DNA of 64,000 bases, from positions 20,936-84,935 of the IMG/VR virus record IMGVR_UViG_3300006735_000022; one strand, written 5' to 3'. The stretch is from a virus. The notes under the pieces were generated by a model that saw only the letters and a program-made list of their open reading frames with translations, ran no database searches and had not been told where the DNA came from. A program made the position numbers and the translations under genes. Shown here piece by piece: positions 54,328 through 62,738 of this stretch; position 1 is the first letter of the stretch; every line of letters starts with the position of its first letter.

Positions 54328-55111
54328 TATTCTAGACATCAGTGCATCAATAGGATGTAACTTACAATGTAAGGGTTGTAATCATTTCAGTAATTACTTT
54401 GCTCCTGGTAGTAAGGTAGACACTGACAGTTTGCTTGATGATATAGCAACAATATTGCCTAGGGTAAATATAGGTAGAGTGTCCGTCATTGGTGGCGAAC
54501 CATTACTAAATCCCCGTTGTGAGGAGATTGTAAATGCATGTGCAACACACACTGATTCTCCTGTCTATCTCTACAGCAATGGTCTATTGCTCCTACAGAA
54601 TGAAGCGTGGATCAAAAAGAGTCTAGAGAATCCACGAATATTTCTTAGGATTAGTATTCATCTACCAGAAGTAGAACAGATCATCAAAGAGTTCAATCAT
54701 CCCAAAGTTCTAGTCACTGAACACCATACTGGGAAGGATAGATGGTTCAATTCAATCAAAAAGAAAGAGGATAAAGTTTATCCTTACAACCACAACAGTC
54801 CAGCAAAAAGTTTCAAGGTATGCTCTTGTCCTAATGCTCAGTTGTATGCAGGTAGACTATGGAAATGTCCCAACACAGCATTCCTTAGGGAACTATTATA
54901 TGTTACTGGTCAAGAGGAGGATCCTGAGTGGCAGGAGTATCTTGTCGATGGTCTTCCTGTTGATTGTAGTGATGCTATGTTGACAGAATTCTGTATCAAT
55001 AGTAAACTACCTGAGAGTGTATGCAGTATGTGTACAGCTAAACCAATTAGGTTTAGTGCTGCTCTTCAAGAACGGAGTAAACGCAAGGTTATTCCTCAAA
55101 ATAAATACTGA
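54314..55111 (+). CDS. radical SAM protein
   Basis: CNLQCKGCNH, GGEPLL, SNG, CSCPNAQLY.G.LWKCP...CSMC. Confidence 0.85.
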   Translation: MPTIDILDISASIGCNLQCKGCNHFSNYFAPGSKVDTDSLLDDIATILPRVNIGRVSVIGGEPLLNPRCEEIVNACATHTDSPVYLYSNGLLLLQNEAWIKKSLENPRIFLRISIHLPEVEQIIKEFNHPKVLVTEHHTGKDRWFNSIKKKEDKVYPYNHNSPAKSFKVCSCPNAQLYAGRLWKCPNTAFLRELLYVTGQEEDPEWQEYLVDGLPVDCSDAMLTEFCINSKLPESVCSMCTAKPIRFSAALQERSKRKVIPQNKY

Positions 55112-55126
55112 AAACTTACCCCCCAC

Positions 55127-55378
55127 ATGCCCGTATACCCTGTCAAACATAAAGACACTGGAGAGACAAAGGAATTGTCATTGACCGTTGCTGACTACGA
55201 TCAGTGGCGTAAAGACAATCCTGACTGGGATAAAGATTGGTCTAAAGGTGTTGCCTCTGCCGTTAGTGGTGCAGGTGACGTTTATAGTCGGACAGATGGA
55301 GGATGGAACGAAGTTCTATCCAAAGTTGCACAGGTCCCCGGTTCCAAAGTCAAACCCCAGAAAACTACCCATTTCTAA
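55127..55378 (+). CDS. conserved T4-like cyanophage protein upstream of phoH
   Basis: MPVYPVKHKDTGE...GWNEVLSKVAQVPGS; ATAAATA at 55101. Confidence 0.7.
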   Translation: MPVYPVKHKDTGETKELSLTVADYDQWRKDNPDWDKDWSKGVASAVSGAGDVYSRTDGGWNEVLSKVAQVPGSKVKPQKTTHF

Positions 55379-56134
55379 ATGACTGCACGTCGCAAAAAAA
55401 TCTCGTCATCTGTCGGTGCTGGTATGACTGCAAAACAAATGCGTCGTAAGAAACCAATCAATTCCGACGCGATGATTGATGTTTTACCCATAACAGACAA
55501 TCAGGAAGTTGTATTCCAAAAGTACAAAGAGAATCAAAATTTATTTTTGTATGGTGCAGCAGGAACAGGTAAAACTTTCATCACATTATACTTGGCACTC
55601 AAGGAGGTTCTAGATCCCCTTACCCAATACAATAAGGTGGTTTTAGTCCGCTCACTGGTGTCCACCCGTGAGATTGGTTTCCTACCTGGAGATCATGAAG
55701 ACAAGTCTGCACTTTATCAGATTCCTTATAAGAATATGGTAAAGTATATGTTTGAACTGCCTACGGACAATGAATTTGAGATGCTTTGGGGTAACCTGAA
55801 GACACAAGAGTCTGTTACCTTCTGGTCAACCAGTTTCATTCGCGGTACTACCTTGGATGATGCCATCATCATTGTTGATGAGTCTCAAAACCTCAACTTC
55901 CATGAACTTGATAGTATCATTACCCGTGTGGGTGAAGGATCTAAGATTATGTTCTGCGGTGACGTAGCACAGACTGATCTCGTCAAGACCAACGAAAAGA
56001 ATGGTATCCTTGACTTCATGAAGATCGTCGAACGCATGCCTGAATTCAATCTGATTGAATTTGGCATCGATGACATCGTAAGATCGGGTCTGGTCAAGTC
56101 CTATCTCACCAGTAAAATTGAACTTGGTATGTAA
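55379..56134 (+). CDS. phoH: PhoH-family ATPase
   Basis: GAAGTGKT, IGFLPG, RGTT, DESQN, GDVAQ, IVRSGLV. Confidence 0.93.
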   Translation: MTARRKKISSSVGAGMTAKQMRRKKPINSDAMIDVLPITDNQEVVFQKYKENQNLFLYGAAGTGKTFITLYLALKEVLDPLTQYNKVVLVRSLVSTREIGFLPGDHEDKSALYQIPYKNMVKYMFELPTDNEFEMLWGNLKTQESVTFWSTSFIRGTTLDDAIIIVDESQNLNFHELDSIITRVGEGSKIMFCGDVAQTDLVKTNEKNGILDFMKIVERMPEFNLIEFGIDDIVRSGLVKSYLTSKIELGM

Positions 56135-56799
56135 TGTTTACCCATTTGGAATGTGATCTGCCCAAACTCAAACGGCAGAATATTGAAGGAGTTAGATTCT
56201 ATACAGTGAACGACCGACCGATGGTGTCTATCACCTCGGTCACGTCTCACTGGAATGCTAAGACGTTTGTCGAGTGGCGGAAGCGTGTTGGTAACGAGGA
56301 AGCAAATCGTATTACCAAACGTGCCACCAGTCGTGGTACAGAATGTCACGAGTTGATTGAGACATTCTTGCTCAATAAAGACGTAGAATATAAGAGACCT
56401 GGACCAAAGATGTTGTTCCAGCAGGCAAAAAAGACGTTGAAAAAGATAAATAATATATACGCTCTTGAAAAGAGTCTTTACAGTGAAGAATTAGGAGTCG
56501 CAGGCACTGTAGATTGTATCGCTGAATATCAGGGCGAGCTTGCGATCATTGATTTCAAAACATCAGCAAAACCTAAACCCAAAGAATGGATTGAGGGTTA
56601 CTTTGTACAGGCAGCAGGATACGCTTGTATGTTCTATGAACGTACTGGTATTCCCGTCAAGAAACTTGTCATCATTATGACATGTGAGAACGGAGAGGTG
56701 CAAGTGTACGAAGAGTATGATAAAATGAAGTATATGAAATTACTTGTTCAGTACATCGAGAAATTTGTTGAAGAAAAAATCAATGCGATCAAAAACTGA
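56134..56799 (+). CDS. PD-(D/E)xK exonuclease
   Basis: SITSV, RGTECH, AGTVDCI, IDFKTS, Q..GY. Confidence 0.85.
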   Translation: MFTHLECDLPKLKRQNIEGVRFYTVNDRPMVSITSVTSHWNAKTFVEWRKRVGNEEANRITKRATSRGTECHELIETFLLNKDVEYKRPGPKMLFQQAKKTLKKINNIYALEKSLYSEELGVAGTVDCIAEYQGELAIIDFKTSAKPKPKEWIEGYFVQAAGYACMFYERTGIPVKKLVIIMTCENGEVQVYEEYDKMKYMKLLVQYIEKFVEEKINAIKN

Positions 56800-57049
56800 G
56801 ATGAAAAACCTTTTGAAGAGCAAGTTCTTGTGTCAGGACAAGTTCACTAATGACATTGAGAACCTGGTAAAGGACAATGCCGACATGAATTACATCGAGG
56901 CAATTTGTTTTTACTGTGAGTCCAATAACATTGAGATTGAATCAGTCTCCAATCTAATTACCAAACCTCTGAAGGAAAAACTGAAGGGGAATGCAATGAA
57001 CCTAAATTATTTGAAGAGAACATCTAGAGCAAAGTTCTTTAGTATTTGA
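56783..57049 (+). CDS. gp33: late transcription coactivator
   Basis: MNYIEAI..YCE.N.IEIE....I.KPLKEKL. Confidence 0.85.
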   Translation: MRSKTEMKNLLKSKFLCQDKFTNDIENLVKDNADMNYIEAICFYCESNNIEIESVSNLITKPLKEKLKGNAMNLNYLKRTSRAKFFSI

Positions 57050-58125
57050 TGAACAAAAGAGAATTCAAACTTTCAGAGATCAAGAGCAACCTTTCCAAAG
57101 AAAGACTTCTTGAGGTATCTAAGAGTGTTGATTTCGTCAGAGAACAAAAAGGATTCTGGATAACAAATTTCAAGCAGGTCACTCCCGAAGAGATAAAATC
57201 TCTAGAGGCAGAGAGACCTACCACAAGACTGCTGAGTATTCATGTCATCAATGGGTGTAACCTCGCCTGTCGTGCATGCAATCACAACAGCAGTCTTCTT
57301 GGTATAAAGAGTGGTGTAGATATTGATGCTTTGATAGAAGATATCAAAGTTTTTCTACCAAAAGTGTATGTTTGGAGTCATATCAGCATCATTGGAGGAG
57401 AACCTTTACTTGAACCACGCACCAGAGAGGTCGTAAAGGTTACCAGAGAGGTCTCAGAGGCGACTGGGCAGACATGTAACATCAAATTGTTTAGCAACGG
57501 TTCACGCCTGTTACAGGAGAAGGAATGGATTGCTGACGAGATGTTGAAGGGAGTCAATTTTAGATTGACCTTCCACAAACCATGGTATACTGAGATGGGA
57601 TCAGTAAACTGGGAGAATGCTGCCAAGTTCATCCGTTACTTACAGTATCGAGAGGTGGACATTGATAGTTTACTAGAATTCAGTGAGGCATTTCGCCAAC
57701 TGGATGGTAAACCAAGGCAGTGGTTTGATATTGTCAAGTATGATATCAAAGACGACCAGATCAAATACTATCCTTTTGAGGAAGGCAACCCAGAGGAGAG
57801 TTTCTCTCACTGTACGTGTCCTAATAGTCAATTATATAATGGTCACCTGTGGAAGTGTCCTATGATTTCATATCTTAGGGAGTCTTTGAGTGCCACCAAT
57901 CAAATTGATGACCCCGAGTGGAAGAAGTATCTAGACTACAAACCCACCAGCATTTCTGCTACAGTGGACGACATCAGGGCATCGTTTGATGAGGTCACCA
58001 AACCTCATGACATCTGCACCATGTGTCCTCGCAACCCTGTTTGGTTCACCGCAACCTTGCAGTTGGATGCAAAATTGAAAAAGAACGTCGCTATGCACGA
58101 TGAAGAAACCTATGACACCGTTTGA
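57046..58125 (+). CDS. radical SAM protein (paralog of 54314)
   Basis: CNLACRACNH, GGEPLL, SNG, CTCPNSQLY.G.LWKCP...CTMC. Confidence 0.85.
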   Translation: MMNKREFKLSEIKSNLSKERLLEVSKSVDFVREQKGFWITNFKQVTPEEIKSLEAERPTTRLLSIHVINGCNLACRACNHNSSLLGIKSGVDIDALIEDIKVFLPKVYVWSHISIIGGEPLLEPRTREVVKVTREVSEATGQTCNIKLFSNGSRLLQEKEWIADEMLKGVNFRLTFHKPWYTEMGSVNWENAAKFIRYLQYREVDIDSLLEFSEAFRQLDGKPRQWFDIVKYDIKDDQIKYYPFEEGNPEESFSHCTCPNSQLYNGHLWKCPMISYLRESLSATNQIDDPEWKKYLDYKPTSISATVDDIRASFDEVTKPHDICTMCPRNPVWFTATLQLDAKLKKNVAMHDEETYDTV

Positions 58126-58708
58126 TACTTACAAAGAGTATCTGGCGTACAAGAATCATTTCTCGAAGGAGAAGTATGATTACTTCAGATATGGTGGCAA
58201 GTCTAGAGCAAGTCTTGACTCTTTCTACAAGAGGAAGGACAGGTATTTCTTTGAGAAGACATCGAGGAAGTACAAAGACGATGACATCAGGAACTTCTTC
58301 CTTGCTAACTTTGTGAGTACAGACAACCCACAGGGTCTGTGGATTGGTAACATCATCCGTGGTGGAGAGGCAGTCTTTACTGAATGGCAACGTAGACAGC
58401 AGAGTTTGTTCTATAACTTCAAGAGCACTAACAAGAACATGTTGGAGCAGTATGGTTTGCAGACATTCTTAGAACCTAAAGATGGTCATCCACCACTCTT
58501 GAAAGAATACCTAGCAGGTAACCTCAGCATTGAGGAGGCAGTCATCTATGAGCAACTGTTCGGATACTGTAAGGACTATGATAAGAAACTGGATGACCCT
58601 GTTTGGCACCAGATTGGGATGAAAATCAAAAAATATTTACCATTTCTAAATATTGACAAAGAGAAATATCGTAAGCAAATTCTTGCCGAGGTCAACGAGC
58701 AATTCTAA
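58100..58708 (+). CDS. gp59: helicase loader
   Basis: YLAYKNHF...YDYFRYGG...FYKRKDRYFFEK. Confidence 0.88.
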   Translation: MKKPMTPFDTYKEYLAYKNHFSKEKYDYFRYGGKSRASLDSFYKRKDRYFFEKTSRKYKDDDIRNFFLANFVSTDNPQGLWIGNIIRGGEAVFTEWQRRQQSLFYNFKSTNKNMLEQYGLQTFLEPKDGHPPLLKEYLAGNLSIEEAVIYEQLFGYCKDYDKKLDDPVWHQIGMKIKKYLPFLNIDKEKYRKQILAEVNEQF

Positions 58709-59037
58709 TGTCAACTTTTTTTGAAAACGAAAACGTCCGCCGTGAGATGGAGGACATCTATGAAATCCAGAAGGAATTGTACAATGTCATCATGCAGTTC
58801 CCTGACATGTCTGATGCTGCTAAGTGGGAGCACATTGAAACGCTGAAGAGTCTGCTAGAGAAGCAGCAGATCATGTGGACCAGAGTCTCATACTCTGATG
58901 ACCCTGAAGCAATGGAGATGAAGAAAAAGATTCAAGAGTCTGCCAAACAAATTGGTTTTGGTAATGCTGATATGAATACAATCTTCGGCAACATGAAGAA
59001 TACCCTGGACTTGATGCAAACTCAACTGCGTCGATAA
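58708..59037 (+). CDS. DUF1825-family protein
   Basis: FFENENVRRE...EKQQIMWTR..SDDPEA. Confidence 0.7.
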   Translation: MSTFFENENVRREMEDIYEIQKELYNVIMQFPDMSDAAKWEHIETLKSLLEKQQIMWTRVSYSDDPEAMEMKKKIQESAKQIGFGNADMNTIFGNMKNTLDLMQTQLRR

Positions 59038-59058
59038 ATAGGTTTTTTATCTTTACTC

Positions 59059-59331
59059 ATGATCTCTGTTTTGTTTGTCGGCAAGGTGAAGGAGTTCACT
59101 GAAGAGTATGAGGCATACAATGAAACCCTGTTGGATAGTGCACAGAAAATTCCAGGGTTCATTGACATGCAAACAGAATTGGTTGAGGGTGTAGAAATTA
59201 CTATTAGTCAGTGGAAGAGTGAGGATGATGTGCGGGAGTGGGCACGTGACCCAACGCATATGAAGGCAAAGCGACGAGTAAAAAAATGGTACCACTGGTA
59301 TAGAGCAAAGCACTTCACTTCAAACCAATGA
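59059..59331 (+). CDS. antibiotic-biosynthesis-monooxygenase (ABM) family protein
   Basis: AQKIPGF, ITISQWKSE...W..DPTH..AK....KWY. Confidence 0.75.
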   Translation: MISVLFVGKVKEFTEEYEAYNETLLDSAQKIPGFIDMQTELVEGVEITISQWKSEDDVREWARDPTHMKAKRRVKKWYHWYRAKHFTSNQ

Positions 59332-59561
59332 CTGATGACGACGCAAACCAATACTCAGTTTATGAGGGGGATTGGTATGCGAGCATGAATTTGGGAATAA
59401 ATGAGTGTAGAATGTTATATGATCACATAAACTATTCCCTAAAGATGTGGCCTGGTTCTCCTGCTCGTCCATCTGAAGAGCAAGAGTACCTTGTCATTCT
59501 AAAGACTCGCTTGGCTGGAATTATTATGCAATACAACTTTGACATGCTGGAAATGGAGTGA
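59328..59561 (+). CDS. hypothetical protein
   Basis: WPGSPARPSEEQE motif. Confidence 0.6.
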   Translation: MTDDDANQYSVYEGDWYASMNLGINECRMLYDHINYSLKMWPGSPARPSEEQEYLVILKTRLAGIIMQYNFDMLEME

Positions 59562-59567
59562 TAGAAT
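59539..59567 (+). promoter_or_regulatory. sigma70 promoter
   Basis: TTGACA-N17-TAGAAT. Confidence 0.6.
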
Positions 59568-59595
59568 GCACTTGTATCATGCATTCTCCATTCCG

Positions 59596-59910
59596 ATGGC
59601 AAAAGGATTCAAAGAACTGAGCAACGTAAAAGCACGTCCAGATCTTGTTCCTCAAACAACCACTCCTGAGGTAAAAGCGCCTAGGAGTGAGAGTCTATTG
59701 AACAATAAGCATCTGGCATATGATGCTAGCGGTAAAGTGGTCAACCCACGTGACCTGAAGGCAGATCAAGATCGTAAGCGTATGAATGTCATCGCTGCCA
59801 CTGGACTGCTGTTCATTGTCTTCGGTCAGATCTACCTGGGATCTGCCATCAACAGCATGTCTAGGAGCATTGACCGTCTTGCAGAGACCTCCTTGACAGG
59901 CACTAAATAA
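59596..59910 (+). CDS. hypothetical membrane protein
   Basis: C-terminal TM with GQIYLG, echoing GQLYVG in ORF 47724. Confidence 0.55.
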   Translation: MAKGFKELSNVKARPDLVPQTTTPEVKAPRSESLLNNKHLAYDASGKVVNPRDLKADQDRKRMNVIAATGLLFIVFGQIYLGSAINSMSRSIDRLAETSLTGTK

Positions 59911-59921
59911 TCCGCTATATT
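59893..59921 (+). promoter_or_regulatory. composite sigma70/late promoter of gp32
   Basis: TTGACA-N17-TATATT with TAAATA in the spacer. Confidence 0.65.
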
Positions 59922-59964
59922 ATGTACACGGTGACAATCCAACAATCCACCGAATCTTTCTAAT

Positions 59965-60906
59965 ATGTCTTTTGCAGACCTCAAAAAGCAATCTCGACTT
60001 GGTTCTCTGACTTCTAAGTTGACCAAGGAGATTGAGAAGATGAATACCAGCGGCGCTGGTAGCACAGACGAACGTTTGTGGAAACTTGAAGTAGACAAGG
60101 CAGGCAATGGATATGCTGTAATCAGGTTCCTGCCCGCTCCCGAGGGAGAAGAACTCCCTTGGGCGAAGGTGTGGTCTCACGCCTTCCAGGGACCTGGCGG
60201 ATGGTATATCGAAAATAGCCTGACTACATTAGGACAAAAAGATCCTGTCTCTGAGTACAACCGTCTCCTTTGGAACAGTGGTACTGACAGTGACAAGGAT
60301 TTGGCACGTAAGCAGAAGCGAAAGCTCACTTACATTGCGAACATCTATGTCGTCAAGGATCCAGCCAATCCTCATAACGAAGGACAAGTTTTCCTTTACA
60401 AGTTTGGCAAGAAGATCTTTGACAAAGTTTCTGCTGCCATGCAGCCTGAGTTTGAAGACGAAGAAGCAATCGATCCATTCGATTTTTGGCAGGGTGCGAA
60501 CTTCAAACTGAAGGCAAAGAATGTTGCGGGTTACCGTAACTATGACAGTAGTGAGTTTGCTGCTGCAGCTCCAGTGTTAGACGACGACGATGCCCTTGAG
60601 GCATTGTGGAAGAAGCAATACTCTCTTGAGGAATTCACACGTGCTGACCAGTTCAAAGCGTATGAAGATCTTGAGAAGCGATTGAATTCTGTGTTGAACA
60701 ACACTCGGAAACCTGTTGACCCAGAGACCTTCGATGAGGAGGAAGCTGCGGTCGCTAAATCGCGGAAGCAAATGGATGAGGAAGATCGTGTCATCAAAAA
60801 AAGTGTTGCCGCTGCTGAGCCTGTTGTCGCGACCGGAGCTAGCAGTTCAGGTGATTCAGATGAAGATGACGCCTTGTCCTATTTTCAGAGACTGGCCGAG
60901 AGCTGA
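59965..60906 (+). CDS. gp32: single-stranded DNA-binding protein
   Basis: DERLWKL..DKAGNGYAVIRFLP, WYIENSLTT, KFGKKIFDK, acidic C-terminus. Confidence 0.95.
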   Translation: MSFADLKKQSRLGSLTSKLTKEIEKMNTSGAGSTDERLWKLEVDKAGNGYAVIRFLPAPEGEELPWAKVWSHAFQGPGGWYIENSLTTLGQKDPVSEYNRLLWNSGTDSDKDLARKQKRKLTYIANIYVVKDPANPHNEGQVFLYKFGKKIFDKVSAAMQPEFEDEEAIDPFDFWQGANFKLKAKNVAGYRNYDSSEFAAAAPVLDDDDALEALWKKQYSLEEFTRADQFKAYEDLEKRLNSVLNNTRKPVDPETFDEEEAAVAKSRKQMDEEDRVIKKSVAAAEPVVATGASSSGDSDEDDALSYFQRLAES

Positions 60907-60909
60907 GGC

Positions 60910-61476
60910 ATGAAACTTTACAGCTTCAACGAGCTGATTGGAGTCTGGGATGGGGATCTCCCCGTCCTGGACTTTTCTCTTAGGAACATTTATGAGTGGA
61001 AGGAAGAGTTTCCTGAATCTGAAGGTAACTCTAACATCAATGGTTGGCAACGTACTGGTATGCATAGTGATGGAAGATTCACTCCATTGATGTCAATGAT
61101 TGCAGAGAAGTCCCGCGAGTACATGGCACTGCATGATGTAAAACCTCCAAGACATATGGAAGTTGTCCATGCATTTGCTAACATCAACGGAAAGGGTGCG
61201 TCGAATTGCATGCATCATCATACTTACGGGCAGATTAGTGGTGTATATTGGTTGAAAGCACCACATAATTGTGGTGATCTATTCATCATGAGTCCATTTC
61301 CTAATCAGTATTTGAATACCTCATGTGTGTCTAAAATTGACCGTAATGCCATGGTAATCACACCCAAGGCAAATACTGGAGTATTTTTCAACAGCAACCT
61401 AGTCCACTACGTAGACCAGAACAGATCGACAAAAGATAGGGTGTCTGTTGCATTTCACATTCTAATTCACTCGTAG
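60910..61476 (+). CDS. 2OG-Fe(II) oxygenase (TIGR02466-like)
   Basis: SNINGWQ, HHH...ISGVYW, H.V..N....RVSVAF. Confidence 0.8.
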   Translation: MKLYSFNELIGVWDGDLPVLDFSLRNIYEWKEEFPESEGNSNINGWQRTGMHSDGRFTPLMSMIAEKSREYMALHDVKPPRHMEVVHAFANINGKGASNCMHHHTYGQISGVYWLKAPHNCGDLFIMSPFPNQYLNTSCVSKIDRNAMVITPKANTGVFFNSNLVHYVDQNRSTKDRVSVAFHILIHS

Positions 61477-61545
61477 CAAAAATCGACTTTTTGGTACAGA
61501 TAAGTGGAAAAAAAACTCGGAGCAAAAATCGCCCCTATAGGTTTA
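61476..61545 (+). repeat. dispersed A-tract repeat, copy 3
   Basis: GCAAAAATCGACTTTT..TACAGATAAGTGGAAAAAAAACTCGGAGCAAAAATC. Confidence 0.7.
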
Positions 61546-62093
61546 TGGCATACAAAAACATAATCATCATTGAGAAAAATATTGATGTAACTCCCTTTTT
61601 GGAAGAATTGAACCCAGATCATTGGGATTGGGTTTCTCGGCAAAAAGGAAATAACTTAGGAGGCGATAGAAACCCATATGGGTTTTTGCCGCTAGTTTGG
61701 GCAAAAGTGCAAAAAGGCGAAGATCCCCATGATGCCATGGGACAAGAAAAAACGGCACTTTATGACTTATACCCAAAAGTGCAAGAATTTTGGAAAAAGA
61801 ACAATATCACCGAAACTGGTAGAGCAGCATTTTTCAGACTAATTCCTGGAAACCGAGTTTTGGAGCATATTGACCGTGGGGAGTATTATAAGAAAAAGGA
61901 CCGATATCATCTATCTCTGCAGGGAACTTATCTGTATAGAGTTGGAGATGAGTCTATGATTGTTCCACCAGGCACTTTCTTCTGGTTCAACAACAAATTA
62001 CCCCACGAAGCACTGAACGTGGGGAATGTTGATAGGTATTCATTAGTTTGGGACGTTCCACATAGTCCCAATAATCCACAATTAGCGAAGTGA
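61545..62093 (+). CDS. Asp/Asn beta-hydroxylase-like 2OG-Fe(II) oxygenase
   Basis: EHIDRGEYY..RYHLSL, WFNNKLPHEA.N..DR. Confidence 0.78.
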   Translation: MAYKNIIIIEKNIDVTPFLEELNPDHWDWVSRQKGNNLGGDRNPYGFLPLVWAKVQKGEDPHDAMGQEKTALYDLYPKVQEFWKKNNITETGRAAFFRLIPGNRVLEHIDRGEYYKKKDRYHLSLQGTYLYRVGDESMIVPPGTFFWFNNKLPHEALNVGNVDRYSLVWDVPHSPNNPQLAK

Positions 62094-62738
62094 TAAAATA
62101 CGGAGATTATCGCCTTTTTTCATCTTTCTATCAATATATTGACTAGAATCTTCATAGGTGAGGATGTCTCGCATATCCTCAATAATCATTTCAATGTATT
62201 CTGGTCTTAGAACTGATATAGTCCTTTTGGCATCATTTTTGCGAGTCTCATATTCTAGATAACTAACTGACTGTGTGCCAGTGTCTTTGTAGTTGAATCC
62301 ATCATATGACCAATGGAATTCAGCATCAGCATCAACAATTAGACCAGCCTGCTGTAAAAGTCTTCCCTCAGGATCACGTCGTTCAACAGTTTCATAATGA
62401 TGGGGTTCATTTAGTTGCTCAATGCTATAATTGTTTCTCAAATATCTTGAGAAGTCTGACTCACTCATAGGCCATTCATCTCTCATATTGAGGATATTGT
62501 TTGAGATAAGGATGACCCAATCAAGTTCAGGATCTCCATATAAAATCTGTGCTACATTGTCAGGACGTTGGTCTCCACGAATACTGAATTTGCCAAACGC
62601 AACTGCAGATTGAAAAATATCATCACGTATTTTACCTCTTTTGAACAGATTAGTGCTTTCCACGTAATCTGAGCTAGAAGACCTATTGTCAGAGAAGGAT
62701 AGTAAAGATACTTTGGGAAAATTGTCGAAATATGCCAT
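62082..62738 (-). CDS. gp53: baseplate wedge protein
   Basis: YFDNFP, RPDNVA..LYGD..LDWVIL..NNI...EWP, HHYET. Confidence 0.88.
   Translation of the reverse strand: MAYFDNFPKVSLLSFSDNRSSSSDYVESTNLFKRGKIRDDIFQSAVAFGKFSIRGDQRPDNVAQILYGDPELDWVILISNNILNMRDEWPMSESDFSRYLRNNYSIEQLNEPHHYETVERRDPEGRLLQQAGLIVDADAEFHWSYDGFNYKDTGTQSVSYLEYETRKNDAKRTISVLRPEYIEMIIEDMRDILTYEDSSQYIDRKMKKGDNLRILSLR

Noticed and set aside
56134-56799. Cas4-like nuclease suggesting a CRISPR system
   Set aside because: It is the ordinary phoH-linked exonuclease of T4-like cyanophages; no repeat-spacer array was seen
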